DNA from: Stramenopiles sp. TOSAG23-6
Lineage: Eukaryota
Reading direction: 5' to 3'
Length of the DNA stretch: 54,940 nt
Assembly (NCBI GenBank): GCA_900128565.1
Contig: LT635920.1
Span: 1 to 54,940, forward strand
Below are positions 12,150 to 22,942 of the stretch, piece after piece. The notes beneath the pieces are model-generated. The model was not told where the DNA came from, searched no databases, and saw only the letters and a list, made by a program, of their open reading frames with translations. The first letter of the stretch is position 1, and each line of letters begins with the position of its first letter. The translations under genes were made by a program, and so were the position numbers.

Positions 12150-15044
12150 ATGTCATTACCATCAATTGTAAATGAAAAATGTTGTACTACCCAGGTTCTC
12201 TCAATGCTAAGTGACATGAAAACACCATCACCTCGTCAGACCAATCGAAGGTTAGTCAAACAAAAACAATCCTCAAATTATTCAGATACAAACAATTTAC
12301 CCTCAGTAAATGATTCTTCTTGTTGTACAACTCGTGTACTTTCACTGTTAGAAAAAGCGGGAACGCATTCTCCACGACGACAATTTAAACAAAAAAGAGA
12401 TATAAGTTCAGAGTGTGGTACAATTAGAGTTTTAGGTATGCTTGATCGAAACGCTTCACAACACTCCCCACGGCGCAGATCTCAATACAACGTCTCGAAA
12501 AGTCAAAGCAAAAATAGTCGTCGCAATATTACACTCATGCTAGTTGGACTGGACGGTGCTGGTAAAACTACCATTCATAATGCTCTCAGAGGACATACTA
12601 AAAAAAGCGTTAAACCAACAGTAGGATTCACACGTCCATTCATACTTAATCAGGGTAATTATTTATGCAAACTATATGATCTTGGTGGTTCATCAACTTT
12701 TAGAAGTGTTTGGGAAAACTATTATGCTGAAACACATGGCTTTCTTTTTGTCATTGATTCTTCAGATCCTACTAGATTACATGAGGCATGTAAAGAATTA
12801 TATACATTATCTACACACCCATTAGCAAGTGGTAAGCCACTCATTGTCATTGCAAATAAACAAGATCAACCCTCATCAATATCTCTATCAAAATTAATAT
12901 CAGAAATACGTTTAATATGTAAGGATACAGTGTATGTTGATCAAAGCATTGATAAAGGGGGAAATCAGTCCAATGAAAGCTCTCCCAAAGTTATCAAATG
13001 TATCGCTTCGGCAACACACTTTGCAAATAATGTGACCAATAAAGAGGTCAAAACACAATTGTTTGACCAAACCATTACAAATGGAATTGACTGGGTGCGA
13101 CAACAAATTCATAATGTGTATACAAAACTACACGATAGAGTCACAAATGATGTGGCTAAAGCTCATGCTGAAGAGCAGAAAAAGTTTAAAGAACGTTCTG
13201 AAAGAGTTGCTGAAGCCAAAAGGAAACGTACAGAATCTTTACAACGTGAAGATAAATTGGATGCTATAGGTGTTGAGTCATCAAATGTCATTCGAGATGA
13301 GCAGGGTAAAAAGGTCATTTGTNTACAATGCAATGCAAGAGTTGCCACTATGAAATCAATTGCGTCTGCTTGGAGACCAGTTTGTAATGAATGCAACTCT
13401 ATATTAGTTGAAAAGTATAAAAACACAAAGTGTGTTCCTTGTTCACGCTGTGGCAAACCTGCCACAAAAAAGAGTGCATCTCTTGGTTGGAAACCTTCTT
13501 GTGATGCCTGTGATAAAAGTGCTCAATTACAAGGAAAGCGAAAAATTAATACAGTCGTAGCTTCATCGGATGTAAATAATAATACATCCAATGNAAATAA
13601 TAATACATCCAATGCAAATAATAGTACATCCAATGTAAATAATAGTACATCCGATGTAAATAATATTACTTCATCAAAGGACGGTATGACTGTACGTTCA
13701 TCTTCATCTCGAGGAGACATTTGTCTTGATGGTACAGCGCCTGCACCTCCCCCATCTCGTCCGTTGTCACGAGATACAAAAGCTTCAGCACTGTCATTAG
13801 GTGAGGGGTATGGAACATTACGAGCAAATAATTCTACGTTAGAAAATAGTTTTGTTGAAGGAATGGGTGTAAGTCCCGCAGCTGTTTGGAATTTTTCAAC
13901 CTCAAATGCAGCAATGGCAGCTGCTGATGCTGCCAATGCAGCATCAATTGTACTTACAATGGTAAGCCGAATGGCTGCAGAAATGGCAGACTCTGTCGCA
14001 GGAGTTGTTGGTGTTGGTAGCAGCTCGCTACCTGTAGGTGGAAGCGCTGGTTTATTGAGCTCTAGACGATCTGGTCGCAAGTCCCCAATGTTACAATCAA
14101 TGTATTATCCTTCTTCATTTACAAATTCCAGAGCATTCCCAAAATCAAAGCAACGTATACATACACACTCATTTAAAAGACATGGTGGTAAAGAAATGCA
14201 TTACAACTCTGGTAGCTTAAGAACAAAAAGGCAAAGAGGTAGAAGGCGACGATCAAAGTCTCCCCTTCGAAGAATATCTTCGGAAACTTCAATTTTTGGC
14301 AATAAAAACTCCCAATATGGTCGGTTGGCAAATGCGAATCCAAATCTGGGTTATAAAACATCTTTGCACCAACAACACCGGAATCGGAGTAAAAGCCGTG
14401 ATGCGTATAGAAAACGAAGTCGTAGTCGTGATACTCATCGGAGTAGTAGCCGTGATACGTACGGAAAACGAAGTCATAGCCGTGATACTCATCGTAGTAA
14501 TAGTCGTGATACATATAGAAAACGTAGTCATAGTCGTGATACTCATCGTAGTAATAGTCGAGATACATACAGAAAACGTAGTCATAGTCGTGATACGTAT
14601 AGAAAACGAAGTCGAAGCCGTGATAGTCGTGATTCGGAGAGATCACAGAACCAGGTCCCAGCAAATCCAAATGATTGGACATATGATGATTTATCCAAAG
14701 AAATGGATAATTTACTTTCCATACACCGTATGACGAATACAAAAAGCCGTTTGTTACCCAATGCAATATCGAAAACAACAACAAAACGTCAACAATCGAT
14801 TCGCCAAACTAATTCAAATAATATATCTCCTAAAACTGTAGCTACAAAAAAAATAACACCAAGAATTCCAGAAATTAGTTCTACAATGAAAAATCCAGGA
14901 AATAAAAAAACAAAAATTATTTGGACACTCCAAGAGAAAAACACACATTCGGCAGTGAGTACAAAAACTAAAATTAAAAAGTCCGGTATTAGTAGTAGTA
15001 CAAATGAACAACTACCGCTCCCTCATGTAAACGAGTTTAAATAA
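12150..15044 (+). CDS. ARL13: ARL13B-like ciliary Arf-like GTPase with CxxC zinc-finger-like repeats and a long low-complexity tail
   Basis: GLDGAGKTT, DLGGS (no catalytic Gln, typical of ARL13), WENYYAETHG, ANKQD, followed by a coiled coil (LHDRV..D....EE....ER.ERV). Confidence 0.85.
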   Translation: MSLPSIVNEKCCTTQVLSMLSDMKTPSPRQTNRRLVKQKQSSNYSDTNNLPSVNDSSCCTTRVLSLLEKAGTHSPRRQFKQKRDISSECGTIRVLGMLDRNASQHSPRRRSQYNVSKSQSKNSRRNITLMLVGLDGAGKTTIHNALRGHTKKSVKPTVGFTRPFILNQGNYLCKLYDLGGSSTFRSVWENYYAETHGFLFVIDSSDPTRLHEACKELYTLSTHPLASGKPLIVIANKQDQPSSISLSKLISEIRLICKDTVYVDQSIDKGGNQSNESSPKVIKCIASATHFANNVTNKEVKTQLFDQTITNGIDWVRQQIHNVYTKLHDRVTNDVAKAHAEEQKKFKERSERVAEAKRKRTESLQREDKLDAIGVESSNVIRDEQGKKVICXQCNARVATMKSIASAWRPVCNECNSILVEKYKNTKCVPCSRCGKPATKKSASLGWKPSCDACDKSAQLQGKRKINTVVASSDVNNNTSNXNNNTSNANNSTSNVNNSTSDVNNITSSKDGMTVRSSSSRGDICLDGTAPAPPPSRPLSRDTKASALSLGEGYGTLRANNSTLENSFVEGMGVSPAAVWNFSTSNAAMAAADAANAASIVLTMVSRMAAEMADSVAGVVGVGSSSLPVGGSAGLLSSRRSGRKSPMLQSMYYPSSFTNSRAFPKSKQRIHTHSFKRHGGKEMHYNSGSLRTKRQRGRRRRSKSPLRRISSETSIFGNKNSQYGRLANANPNLGYKTSLHQQHRNRSKSRDAYRKRSRSRDTHRSSSRDTYGKRSHSRDTHRSNSRDTYRKRSHSRDTHRSNSRDTYRKRSHSRDTYRKRSRSRDSRDSERSQNQVPANPNDWTYDDLSKEMDNLLSIHRMTNTKSRLLPNAISKTTTKRQQSIRQTNSNNISPKTVATKKITPRIPEISSTMKNPGNKKTKIIWTLQEKNTHSAVSTKTKIKKSGISSSTNEQLPLPHVNEFK

Positions 15045-15205
15045 ACCAAAAAAGGACAAAAGTAATATTACATTGCTAACTCGTTACTATTTATATAATT
15101 CTAAATAAAAGTTTCACACAATACTAATGTACCTCTTTTTACTCTTACACTAAAAGATTGATAGTCACACTAATTGTCAGCAATCATTGATGTTTAAATT
15201 TGTGT

Positions 15206-17503
15206 CTATTGAGCAGTAACGAGGGTGATACGAGTTCTAGAAGCATTAAGACGAAAGACATCAAGTTCTTCATATTGTTCAATTGTCTCTCTGATTTCAT
15301 CTTGATTATATCCTTTTGCAAGAAGAAGCGGCTCAACTCTACTAAAAGATATTGTTGCATGTTCACCTCCAGCAGTACGAATGTGTGATAATATAGAAAG
15401 ATAAATCGCAGAAGTTGCATCCTGTCCGTTACGACGCTCATCATCTTCAAGTAGTTGAGCTTTACAAGTATGTACCAAACGAATAGCTTCATCAACATCT
15501 TCTTCTGTGACTTCATTTGAAAATTGTAATCGGGCAAGAGCCTGTGAAAGCCGCAAAATACTTAGTAACTGTCTCGCTGTCATCAGCGATGCTTCATTCG
15601 CAGCACGTGCATCAGCAACATCACGTTGTCGCATATTTACATACTCTTCAACAATATATGATGATAATTTTGCAGGAATAAAAGGTTCACATCGTCGAGC
15701 TTGTCCAATATATGCTCGAATAAATTTTGCTGAGAGTGGAGTGAATGAAAGATCAGGGTGGCAATTACATCTATGAACATATGCAATATGGTTAGCCAAT
15801 AAACGATCTTTATCGGCACTAGGGCGATCAAGCATTAGAAACATTAAATCAAAACGACTTAGTAATGCAGCAGGAAGGTTTATATTAGCAGATGGAGATT
15901 TCTTTTTGTTATATCTACCCATAAGGGGATTTGCAGCAGCAAGTATAGCTGTTCGAGCATTTAAAGTTGTTGTTATTCCACCCTTCGCAATACTTACTGT
16001 TTGTTGTTCCATTACCTCATGAATGGCTGTGCGGTCACCTTCTTCCATTTTATCAAACTCATCAATACAACAAATTCCACGATCAGCAAGTACCAATGCA
16101 CCACCTTCGAGAACCATTTCACCACTAACTGTATCTTTCATTACTGCGGCTGTGAGTCCTACACCACTACTACCCTTACCTGTAGTAAAAACAGCACGTG
16201 GTGCAATCTTTGCAATGTGTTTGAGAAGCTGTGATTTTGCAACACCTGGGTCACCCATCATACATATATTAATATCACCACGTATGCGCATACCATCACT
16301 TAATTTTTTTGTAACTCCGCCCACTAATTGAAGAAGTAAAGCTTTCTTTATATCCACCAATCCAAATATTTCAGGAGCAATTGATTTTGCTAATTTATCA
16401 TAAATTTCATCATCTTCTACTGCCTGCTCAACTAAAGCACTAATATCATCAGTCATTGTAGCCTGTAATTCATCATATGTTTTTTTATGAGACTGAATAT
16501 GCATTCCTTCTAGATATGTATCTGCTGTAAGACCTGCACGAACGGCACGATAACCAGTATATGGAGTTGGTAAAAACATTCCTGATACCGTTAATTGATC
16601 ACCAGGCATTGCACTTCTTGTTAGCTCTCCACAAAGATGAACAGTCATAGATCGAGGTATATGACCAATTGGAACTTGATCTGGCAATTCTTGCATTTTA
16701 GCAGTCTGAAATTTTACAAATTTGGATCCACGGGTTTGCATGAAAAGTTTACCTCGGCTTTTGTTTGTCATACACATTTGAGAAGGACACTCTGAAAGCG
16801 GCATAAATTTTCGAGCTTTTACTTGTTGATAAATTTCAAATCCACAGACATCGCATGTGTATGTTGCGACACTCATTAATGGTTTTACGTCTGTTACTCG
16901 AGTTATCATTCCTCTTACTTGAACTAAACGACCAATCTGTCTTGCTCCAACCTCCCGAATGGCAACAACTTTACCTCCAGTACGTGGACGAAGATGAACT
17001 TCATATCGCCGCATTAGTTCTGCAGGGAACACCTTAGATGCATCTACTTCACCCCCACGCTCATGTGCTGCTTCTTGTTGTTGTTGTAAACGTTGGTTGC
17101 GCAATACATCGACAGCGTCCTCATCAAAGAGCGTGTCAGCGCCTTGTACAGACGGTAGCAAGGAGTCAATGGCATCGGAAACTAGAGAAATGTATCTCCG
17201 TGCATTGCGCTCTATATGATGAACAAATTCTTCATCCCCCTCAAAATCTAATACATCATCTAAGGAAAGCTCTATTACTTTACATTTACGTTGAGCCACT
17301 TTCTCGAGAATTGTGACATACTTTGGAGTTAGCTTTGAGGGTGCCGAATACGAGGAAGACTTTTTTCCTTTCTCCCGATAATTTGAAATGAAACGCTTGA
17401 ACTTCTCAAGTTCTTCTGTATAGTTTGGTAAAGTTCGGTATTTAGACCCTGATTCCATGGCACCATACGCCCCATTGACTCCTCCACCATCAAGTGATGC
17501 CAT
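15206..17503 (-). CDS. MCM7: DNA replication licensing factor MCM7
   Basis: RGSKFVKFQ..KMQELPDQVPIGHIPRS, MGDPGVAKSQLL, IDEFDKM, NINLPAALLSRFDL; intronless, 765 aa. Confidence 0.97.
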   Translation of the reverse strand: MASLDGGGVNGAYGAMESGSKYRTLPNYTEELEKFKRFISNYREKGKKSSSYSAPSKLTPKYVTILEKVAQRKCKVIELSLDDVLDFEGDEEFVHHIERNARRYISLVSDAIDSLLPSVQGADTLFDEDAVDVLRNQRLQQQQEAAHERGGEVDASKVFPAELMRRYEVHLRPRTGGKVVAIREVGARQIGRLVQVRGMITRVTDVKPLMSVATYTCDVCGFEIYQQVKARKFMPLSECPSQMCMTNKSRGKLFMQTRGSKFVKFQTAKMQELPDQVPIGHIPRSMTVHLCGELTRSAMPGDQLTVSGMFLPTPYTGYRAVRAGLTADTYLEGMHIQSHKKTYDELQATMTDDISALVEQAVEDDEIYDKLAKSIAPEIFGLVDIKKALLLQLVGGVTKKLSDGMRIRGDINICMMGDPGVAKSQLLKHIAKIAPRAVFTTGKGSSGVGLTAAVMKDTVSGEMVLEGGALVLADRGICCIDEFDKMEEGDRTAIHEVMEQQTVSIAKGGITTTLNARTAILAAANPLMGRYNKKKSPSANINLPAALLSRFDLMFLMLDRPSADKDRLLANHIAYVHRCNCHPDLSFTPLSAKFIRAYIGQARRCEPFIPAKLSSYIVEEYVNMRQRDVADARAANEASLMTARQLLSILRLSQALARLQFSNEVTEEDVDEAIRLVHTCKAQLLEDDERRNGQDATSAIYLSILSHIRTAGGEHATISFSRVEPLLLAKGYNQDEIRETIEQYEELDVFRLNASRTRITLVTAQ

Positions 17504-17883
17504 TCTTAGGGTGGTCTGGGTAATATAATATCGATCGAAAGGAAGGTTGATTTATTCCGGTGCTTTCAGACTGATATTCGAGCTGTTTTTTAGGTTGAAG
17601 TTCCTTTTCAAGAAAAGTTTGACGGCAATCAAAAAAGCACACACGAAATCGGCAAACGCATCAAAAAATGACGTTTTACATCCGTTAAAAGTTTGGGAAT
17701 CCAAAACAAGTACTTATGAATGCTATTACAAGTAGCGGAAATATATATATATCTGTGTCAGACCAGAGTGCAGTAGTAGCTTATATATGAGCGCTTAACA
17801 AACTCAATATAACTAGTTTAAATTTAGAAATATTAAGTGGCCTGTATTTAACTTTGGCAATGGCAAATTCAGTTTGAAAGTCG

Positions 17884-20800
17884 ATGGCGACGACGTTATT
17901 TGAAAAACGAAAAGCCGCACATAACGAAGCTCTTAGACTTGTTTCTGAGAAAAACTATCAATCGGCCATAGATTATGGCTTACAATGTATTGCGATTGGA
18001 TCACAGTTGCATTCAACAGATCATTTTCAATTTTTGCATGATCTGCTTCTCCTCATTAATCTTTACTCCCTTACTGGAGATGAGAATAATGTTGACATAT
18101 TCATCACACACGCAGCAAGTATAGCTCTTCGAGCCGGCGAACAAAAGGATAAATGTAAAAGCATCAACATGCTTGGTATTATTGCAAAGATAAGTTTTAA
18201 AAATAAACATCGAATGTCGGAGAGACTATTTAGTGAGTGGATAAGGCTTGCCCAGAAAGTATTTGGAACAAAACACCCCATCGCTACGGATTGCCTTACT
18301 ACCGCTGCTGGATATTACATTGATAAAAAAGATTATGAAACTGCTCAGTTGTTGACAGGGCAGGCATTAGTCTCCCAAATCGAAATTTTTCAAAATGATA
18401 AAGTTCCTTGTATTGGAAATACTTTTCTCACTATGGGATTACTCTACCGCTTGCAAGGAAATATTGAAGAAGCTATTAAATATTTTCAACATGCACGTAA
18501 AGTATATTCTTTTCTTTGGGGAAGTTTTTCTGTAAATGTTGCACAAGTGAAAATGAGCATTGCAGTAGTTGAGGAAGAAAGGGGTAACGTTTGGTGTGCA
18601 CGAGATATGTATGGTAGTGCATATTCGATATTTTGTAGTATTTTAGGCGAAAAAAATAAACATACTCAAAAAGCGCTCAAATGTTTCAATAGAATAAGAG
18701 GTGAATTAAATGAGCATTCAATTACTGTACCAATCGTGGATTTTGTGCCCAAATATGTCGATGAAATGCCAGAAGTGATAGGATGTGTAGACAATGTAAT
18801 GAATGAAAACATAACATTAGATGACTTAGAGTTGATCGTACAAAATATTAATCATGATAGTCTAAATGTCAACAAAAATAACCAAAAATGTATTAAATCT
18901 AAAGATTTCAAATATGAAACTCCAAAAATAATTGCAATTCCATTGTATTTAAAAAAGATCATTGTTCAGTCAGTGTTGGATATATCAAAACAAAGAGGAG
19001 AAATATCTACAAATAATCATGATAATGAAATAAATCAGAAACATTGTGTGACTCTCGCAGAATTAGAAGTAACACTAAATGATATGCCATGTATAATGAG
19101 TTTATTAATCACATCTTTCGTACAAAAATATGAAACTACTGTGCCTATTGATGCTGTGAAGAAGAAAGATACTGTACATAATTATGATACATGTACAGAA
19201 AATAACGTATTACCAGCAATTGATTCTAACCATTCTAAAGATGTTCTAGATTCTAACCATTCTAAAGATGTTCTAGATTCTAACCATTCTGAAGATGTTC
19301 TAGATGTAGCTCAACTATTTTTCGAATATAAACAAAGAGACAATATAACAGATGATGAGATGTTTGCATCCTTCAATCAAATGCATTATGGTTACGGATG
19401 GGGTAATATGTTATCGATAAATGATTCACAAAATGAACCCTTTATTTTCTCAAGGCATGAATCGATATTCCTCAAAAACGCCAGAAAAGAAGCTTTAAAA
19501 GAAGCATCTTTATTAGAAGCAAAAACGTCTGATTTCGTGGGATCTTGCAAAGATGTACTTTCACAGTTGATGTATTCAGGGCTAAGTATACATGCAGCTG
19601 TCATTTGTTCCTGCGAAGTAGCAATAATGCTAGCAATGCGTAAGATAAATGATGAAGACAAATGGACTAAACCTGACTTCGTATTGAAAAAAACTAATAG
19701 ATATATGCTACTAGTGGGCCAGTCAGCAATTAGTTTATTTGTTGCTGGAAAAATAAGAGATGTAGCGACAATGTTGAGATTGTTCTCTTTCTGTTCTGCC
19801 CAAAGTTTTGCACATTTTCTTGTTCGAAAATGTGAAATAACAAATCAGGATACGATAAATCAAGATATGATTGGAACTTTACATGTATCAATTAGAAAAG
19901 CTTTCGATATTGCAGTTAAACAGACTGGTATGAGCAATCAGAAAGCCGATTTATTTACCATACAGTTATTGGGAGCTTCACTTGGGAAAGAATTGCTTCG
20001 AAGAGGCATAAGTGTGAAAAGTGTAGCAAATACATTGTATAGAACACCGATATATTTAGGTAGGTCTCCTAAGGAAGCATCTAAGATGGCATTTGTTATT
20101 GGATCTAGGATTTGCACGGAACATATTATCAACAACTCAATCCAAAATGTAGATCAAGAAAAAGATACAAAGGCGAATTCTATCACAACTAATTGTACCA
20201 ACACCTCTGATGAAAACTATGAAGCAACAAGCATAAGCAGACGTGTTGTACTTTCCGTTTCTGAATTTGTAAAGTGTGTTCTAGATATATGCAACTCGCC
20301 TCTACTTGGCTCAAGTGATACAAACACAGCCCTGCTTGTAGCAGCTGAAATAGTTTCATATGTAACAGCATTCTTTTTAGCCCGCAAAGGCAAAACATTT
20401 TCTCAAATAGTTTTTTCGACAATGAAAATTTGGGATTTATTCAATCTCTCTGGACATTGCGATCTGCAACTAATTCATTCAATTTCGCTTTGGGCTTTTA
20501 CTGTTGAAACTGAAGCTAAATCGAAACAAATGATATCTGAATCCTTGTATACATGTAAAATATATCAAAATAAAGGCGAGGTAATAGATGCAAAACAGTT
20601 GGCGAGCAAGTATAGATTTAAACCCGAGGATAAAGTACTTGAAGAAAGGACTACATTTACTCAAAAGAATGGGGAAATGATGATCAAAGAAGTACAAAGT
20701 CGCTGGAATGATCTAAATTTAGAGATAAACGGAGACTTGTGGCTTCCCTGTGCCAATATTGACAAAGCTCAATGTATGCCGAGTGCTTCAGAGCCCCAAT

Positions 20801-22860
20801 TTCCACGTATTCAAAAAGTTAGTTCTGAAAATCAAGAGACACTTTCAAAGTTCACCTTAAAAGATATTCAATTTGCTATTTCTCATATCTTGGAGCAAGA
20901 AAAACTATGTATACAACCAAATATGACATCTGCTCTATCTAAAGAAAGAAATATTTTAGTAAACAAAGTATTAGCATTTGTTGAAAGTAAGATTGATATT
21001 GGAGGTGTTACACCAGATGAGTTGCTATTTACTTTTGATAATAATAGAAGGTTCATTTATCAAATTATTTCAACGCTTATGGCTCCTATACAAACTGCGC
21101 AGCGTGCACATGACATGGAAGCAAATAATAATAAAGACAACCAAAAGGATGTAGAAGTTAAAGGGGTCAGTGTTGTGACATCAAAGGGTCATCGTGTTAA
21201 AGTTAATCCTATGTCGTCGCGAGACCTATGGCAATTTTTTACACCAAAGATTTATATAATGGGTGCATTTATGCAATCAATCCAAAAGCGACATCGAAAA
21301 CGGCGACTTTTGAAAACGTTATTTTTAGATTTGTCAATGAGAATTCTGAGGAAACAAAGAACAAGAAGACGTACGATGAAACTATTTCTCCTGGATAAAA
21401 CTAGTTGGATCATTCGACGAAAAAAGGTCCAATCTATAGCTTCTACTTTGTTTTGTGGTGGTGTGTTTCAAAGCTTACAGTCGGAGCGAAAATGGATCCA
21501 ACGAGCACGCATGGCATTTAGTATTGGTTCATTCATGAGTATTCACAAAGAATTTCGTAAAAAACATAAAATATCAAAAAAGCACAAGAAAAAGATGCCT
21601 AAAACGATGAAACCAATTCGATGGAATTCTGCATGTGATGTAGATACAAATTTGCTATCAAAAACATTTTGGGGTGACTTAGATTCTACAAAAGAAACAA
21701 AAGAGGATGATATAAATGATTTTGTCCCTGTTCCATTTCAAGATGTATTGGGTGATGTTGTCTTGACATTTCGTCCCACCGCCCCAAAGTCTTCAAAGAA
21801 AGCAATTGGTGCAAATACTTCACAGAAAAATAGTGGTAAGAAAAAGAAGAAAAAGAAAATACTAAAAACATTTCTAGATCCTTCGGCATCACAAAATCTT
21901 ACTATTCTAGTTTCAAAATTTCCAGTGACAGGAAATGATCTAGTTACAGCAATTGAAACTTTTGATATTTCTCTGTTGGATTCTGAAGTAATAGCGAGTA
22001 TCATGAGTATTACGAGAGCTGGTAATTGGAATGATCTCTTATCCCAAGGACGAGCCCACGTGAATGATACAGACATAAATAAATCAGAGAGTGGAGTAGG
22101 AGACCCGGATAATACAATTGTCGCATTTGCAAAGGCAGAATCATTTATTGTATGTATGGCAACTGTTGATTCATTGCCTCTTAGATTGAATATTTTAAAA
22201 ACTTTGTTGACATTTGATGATAATATAGATGAAGTAGAGGGGATGATTGATGACGTCATTGAAATGCTTAATTCAATAAAAGATACAAAAGATCTCACAA
22301 GGTTACTGGTATATTGCAAAGAATTGGGAAATAAAATGAACATAGATACTCCTAGTATACCCAAACGAAAACATATGGGAATCCAAGAAATAAAATTATT
22401 TCATATTACAAGGGGGCCAAAAGGTACAACAGCATTGTATTATTTACTCAAAAAGTTACATGCACACACCGAGACAGAAAGTATATTAAATTTAGGAAAG
22501 AAATTAAATTCCATTAATGGGCATGTTAGTGAAGATAGTATTAAAAATCGTGTATCTTCGTTAGCAAAGTCACTAGATTCGATGGATAAAATATGTGAAA
22601 ATAAAGACAAAACTGGAGATAAAACGTGGACAGAGCACTTGGGCGAGTTTCGTAGTCGTGCTCGAGAAGATGTAACATTGCTTCAAGAACACCTCAAAGA
22701 ATGTTTTGACTTATACACTGAAATTAGAAATAAACTTTTTTATCAACCGATAGACCCAAAGAAAGATAAGATAGAAGAATTTTTCGCTGTGTTGNAAGAA
22801 ATTGCTCAACTAANAGAGGTAACAAGGAAAAGGATTGAAAAAGATATAGCAAAGAAATGA
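17884..22860 (+). CDS. N-terminal TPR repeats + C-terminal formin FH2 domain
   Basis: Kinesin-light-chain-like TPRs (FGTKHP, LGEKNKHT); FH2 hallmarks MKPIRW...TFW, FLDP..SQNL.I, LGNKMN. Confidence 0.8.
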   Translation: MATTLFEKRKAAHNEALRLVSEKNYQSAIDYGLQCIAIGSQLHSTDHFQFLHDLLLLINLYSLTGDENNVDIFITHAASIALRAGEQKDKCKSINMLGIIAKISFKNKHRMSERLFSEWIRLAQKVFGTKHPIATDCLTTAAGYYIDKKDYETAQLLTGQALVSQIEIFQNDKVPCIGNTFLTMGLLYRLQGNIEEAIKYFQHARKVYSFLWGSFSVNVAQVKMSIAVVEEERGNVWCARDMYGSAYSIFCSILGEKNKHTQKALKCFNRIRGELNEHSITVPIVDFVPKYVDEMPEVIGCVDNVMNENITLDDLELIVQNINHDSLNVNKNNQKCIKSKDFKYETPKIIAIPLYLKKIIVQSVLDISKQRGEISTNNHDNEINQKHCVTLAELEVTLNDMPCIMSLLITSFVQKYETTVPIDAVKKKDTVHNYDTCTENNVLPAIDSNHSKDVLDSNHSKDVLDSNHSEDVLDVAQLFFEYKQRDNITDDEMFASFNQMHYGYGWGNMLSINDSQNEPFIFSRHESIFLKNARKEALKEASLLEAKTSDFVGSCKDVLSQLMYSGLSIHAAVICSCEVAIMLAMRKINDEDKWTKPDFVLKKTNRYMLLVGQSAISLFVAGKIRDVATMLRLFSFCSAQSFAHFLVRKCEITNQDTINQDMIGTLHVSIRKAFDIAVKQTGMSNQKADLFTIQLLGASLGKELLRRGISVKSVANTLYRTPIYLGRSPKEASKMAFVIGSRICTEHIINNSIQNVDQEKDTKANSITTNCTNTSDENYEATSISRRVVLSVSEFVKCVLDICNSPLLGSSDTNTALLVAAEIVSYVTAFFLARKGKTFSQIVFSTMKIWDLFNLSGHCDLQLIHSISLWAFTVETEAKSKQMISESLYTCKIYQNKGEVIDAKQLASKYRFKPEDKVLEERTTFTQKNGEMMIKEVQSRWNDLNLEINGDLWLPCANIDKAQCMPSASEPQFPRIQKVSSENQETLSKFTLKDIQFAISHILEQEKLCIQPNMTSALSKERNILVNKVLAFVESKIDIGGVTPDELLFTFDNNRRFIYQIISTLMAPIQTAQRAHDMEANNNKDNQKDVEVKGVSVVTSKGHRVKVNPMSSRDLWQFFTPKIYIMGAFMQSIQKRHRKRRLLKTLFLDLSMRILRKQRTRRRTMKLFLLDKTSWIIRRKKVQSIASTLFCGGVFQSLQSERKWIQRARMAFSIGSFMSIHKEFRKKHKISKKHKKKMPKTMKPIRWNSACDVDTNLLSKTFWGDLDSTKETKEDDINDFVPVPFQDVLGDVVLTFRPTAPKSSKKAIGANTSQKNSGKKKKKKKILKTFLDPSASQNLTILVSKFPVTGNDLVTAIETFDISLLDSEVIASIMSITRAGNWNDLLSQGRAHVNDTDINKSESGVGDPDNTIVAFAKAESFIVCMATVDSLPLRLNILKTLLTFDDNIDEVEGMIDDVIEMLNSIKDTKDLTRLLVYCKELGNKMNIDTPSIPKRKHMGIQEIKLFHITRGPKGTTALYYLLKKLHAHTETESILNLGKKLNSINGHVSEDSIKNRVSSLAKSLDSMDKICENKDKTGDKTWTEHLGEFRSRAREDVTLLQEHLKECFDLYTEIRNKLFYQPIDPKKDKIEEFFAVLXEIAQLXEVTRKRIEKDIAKK

Positions 22861-22942
22861 AATACGTTCATTTCATGTAAAAGTTTTTTTTNCAAATAAA
22901 AAACCATTACGTATGAGCTTAAATTTTAATTGTAATTTTAAT

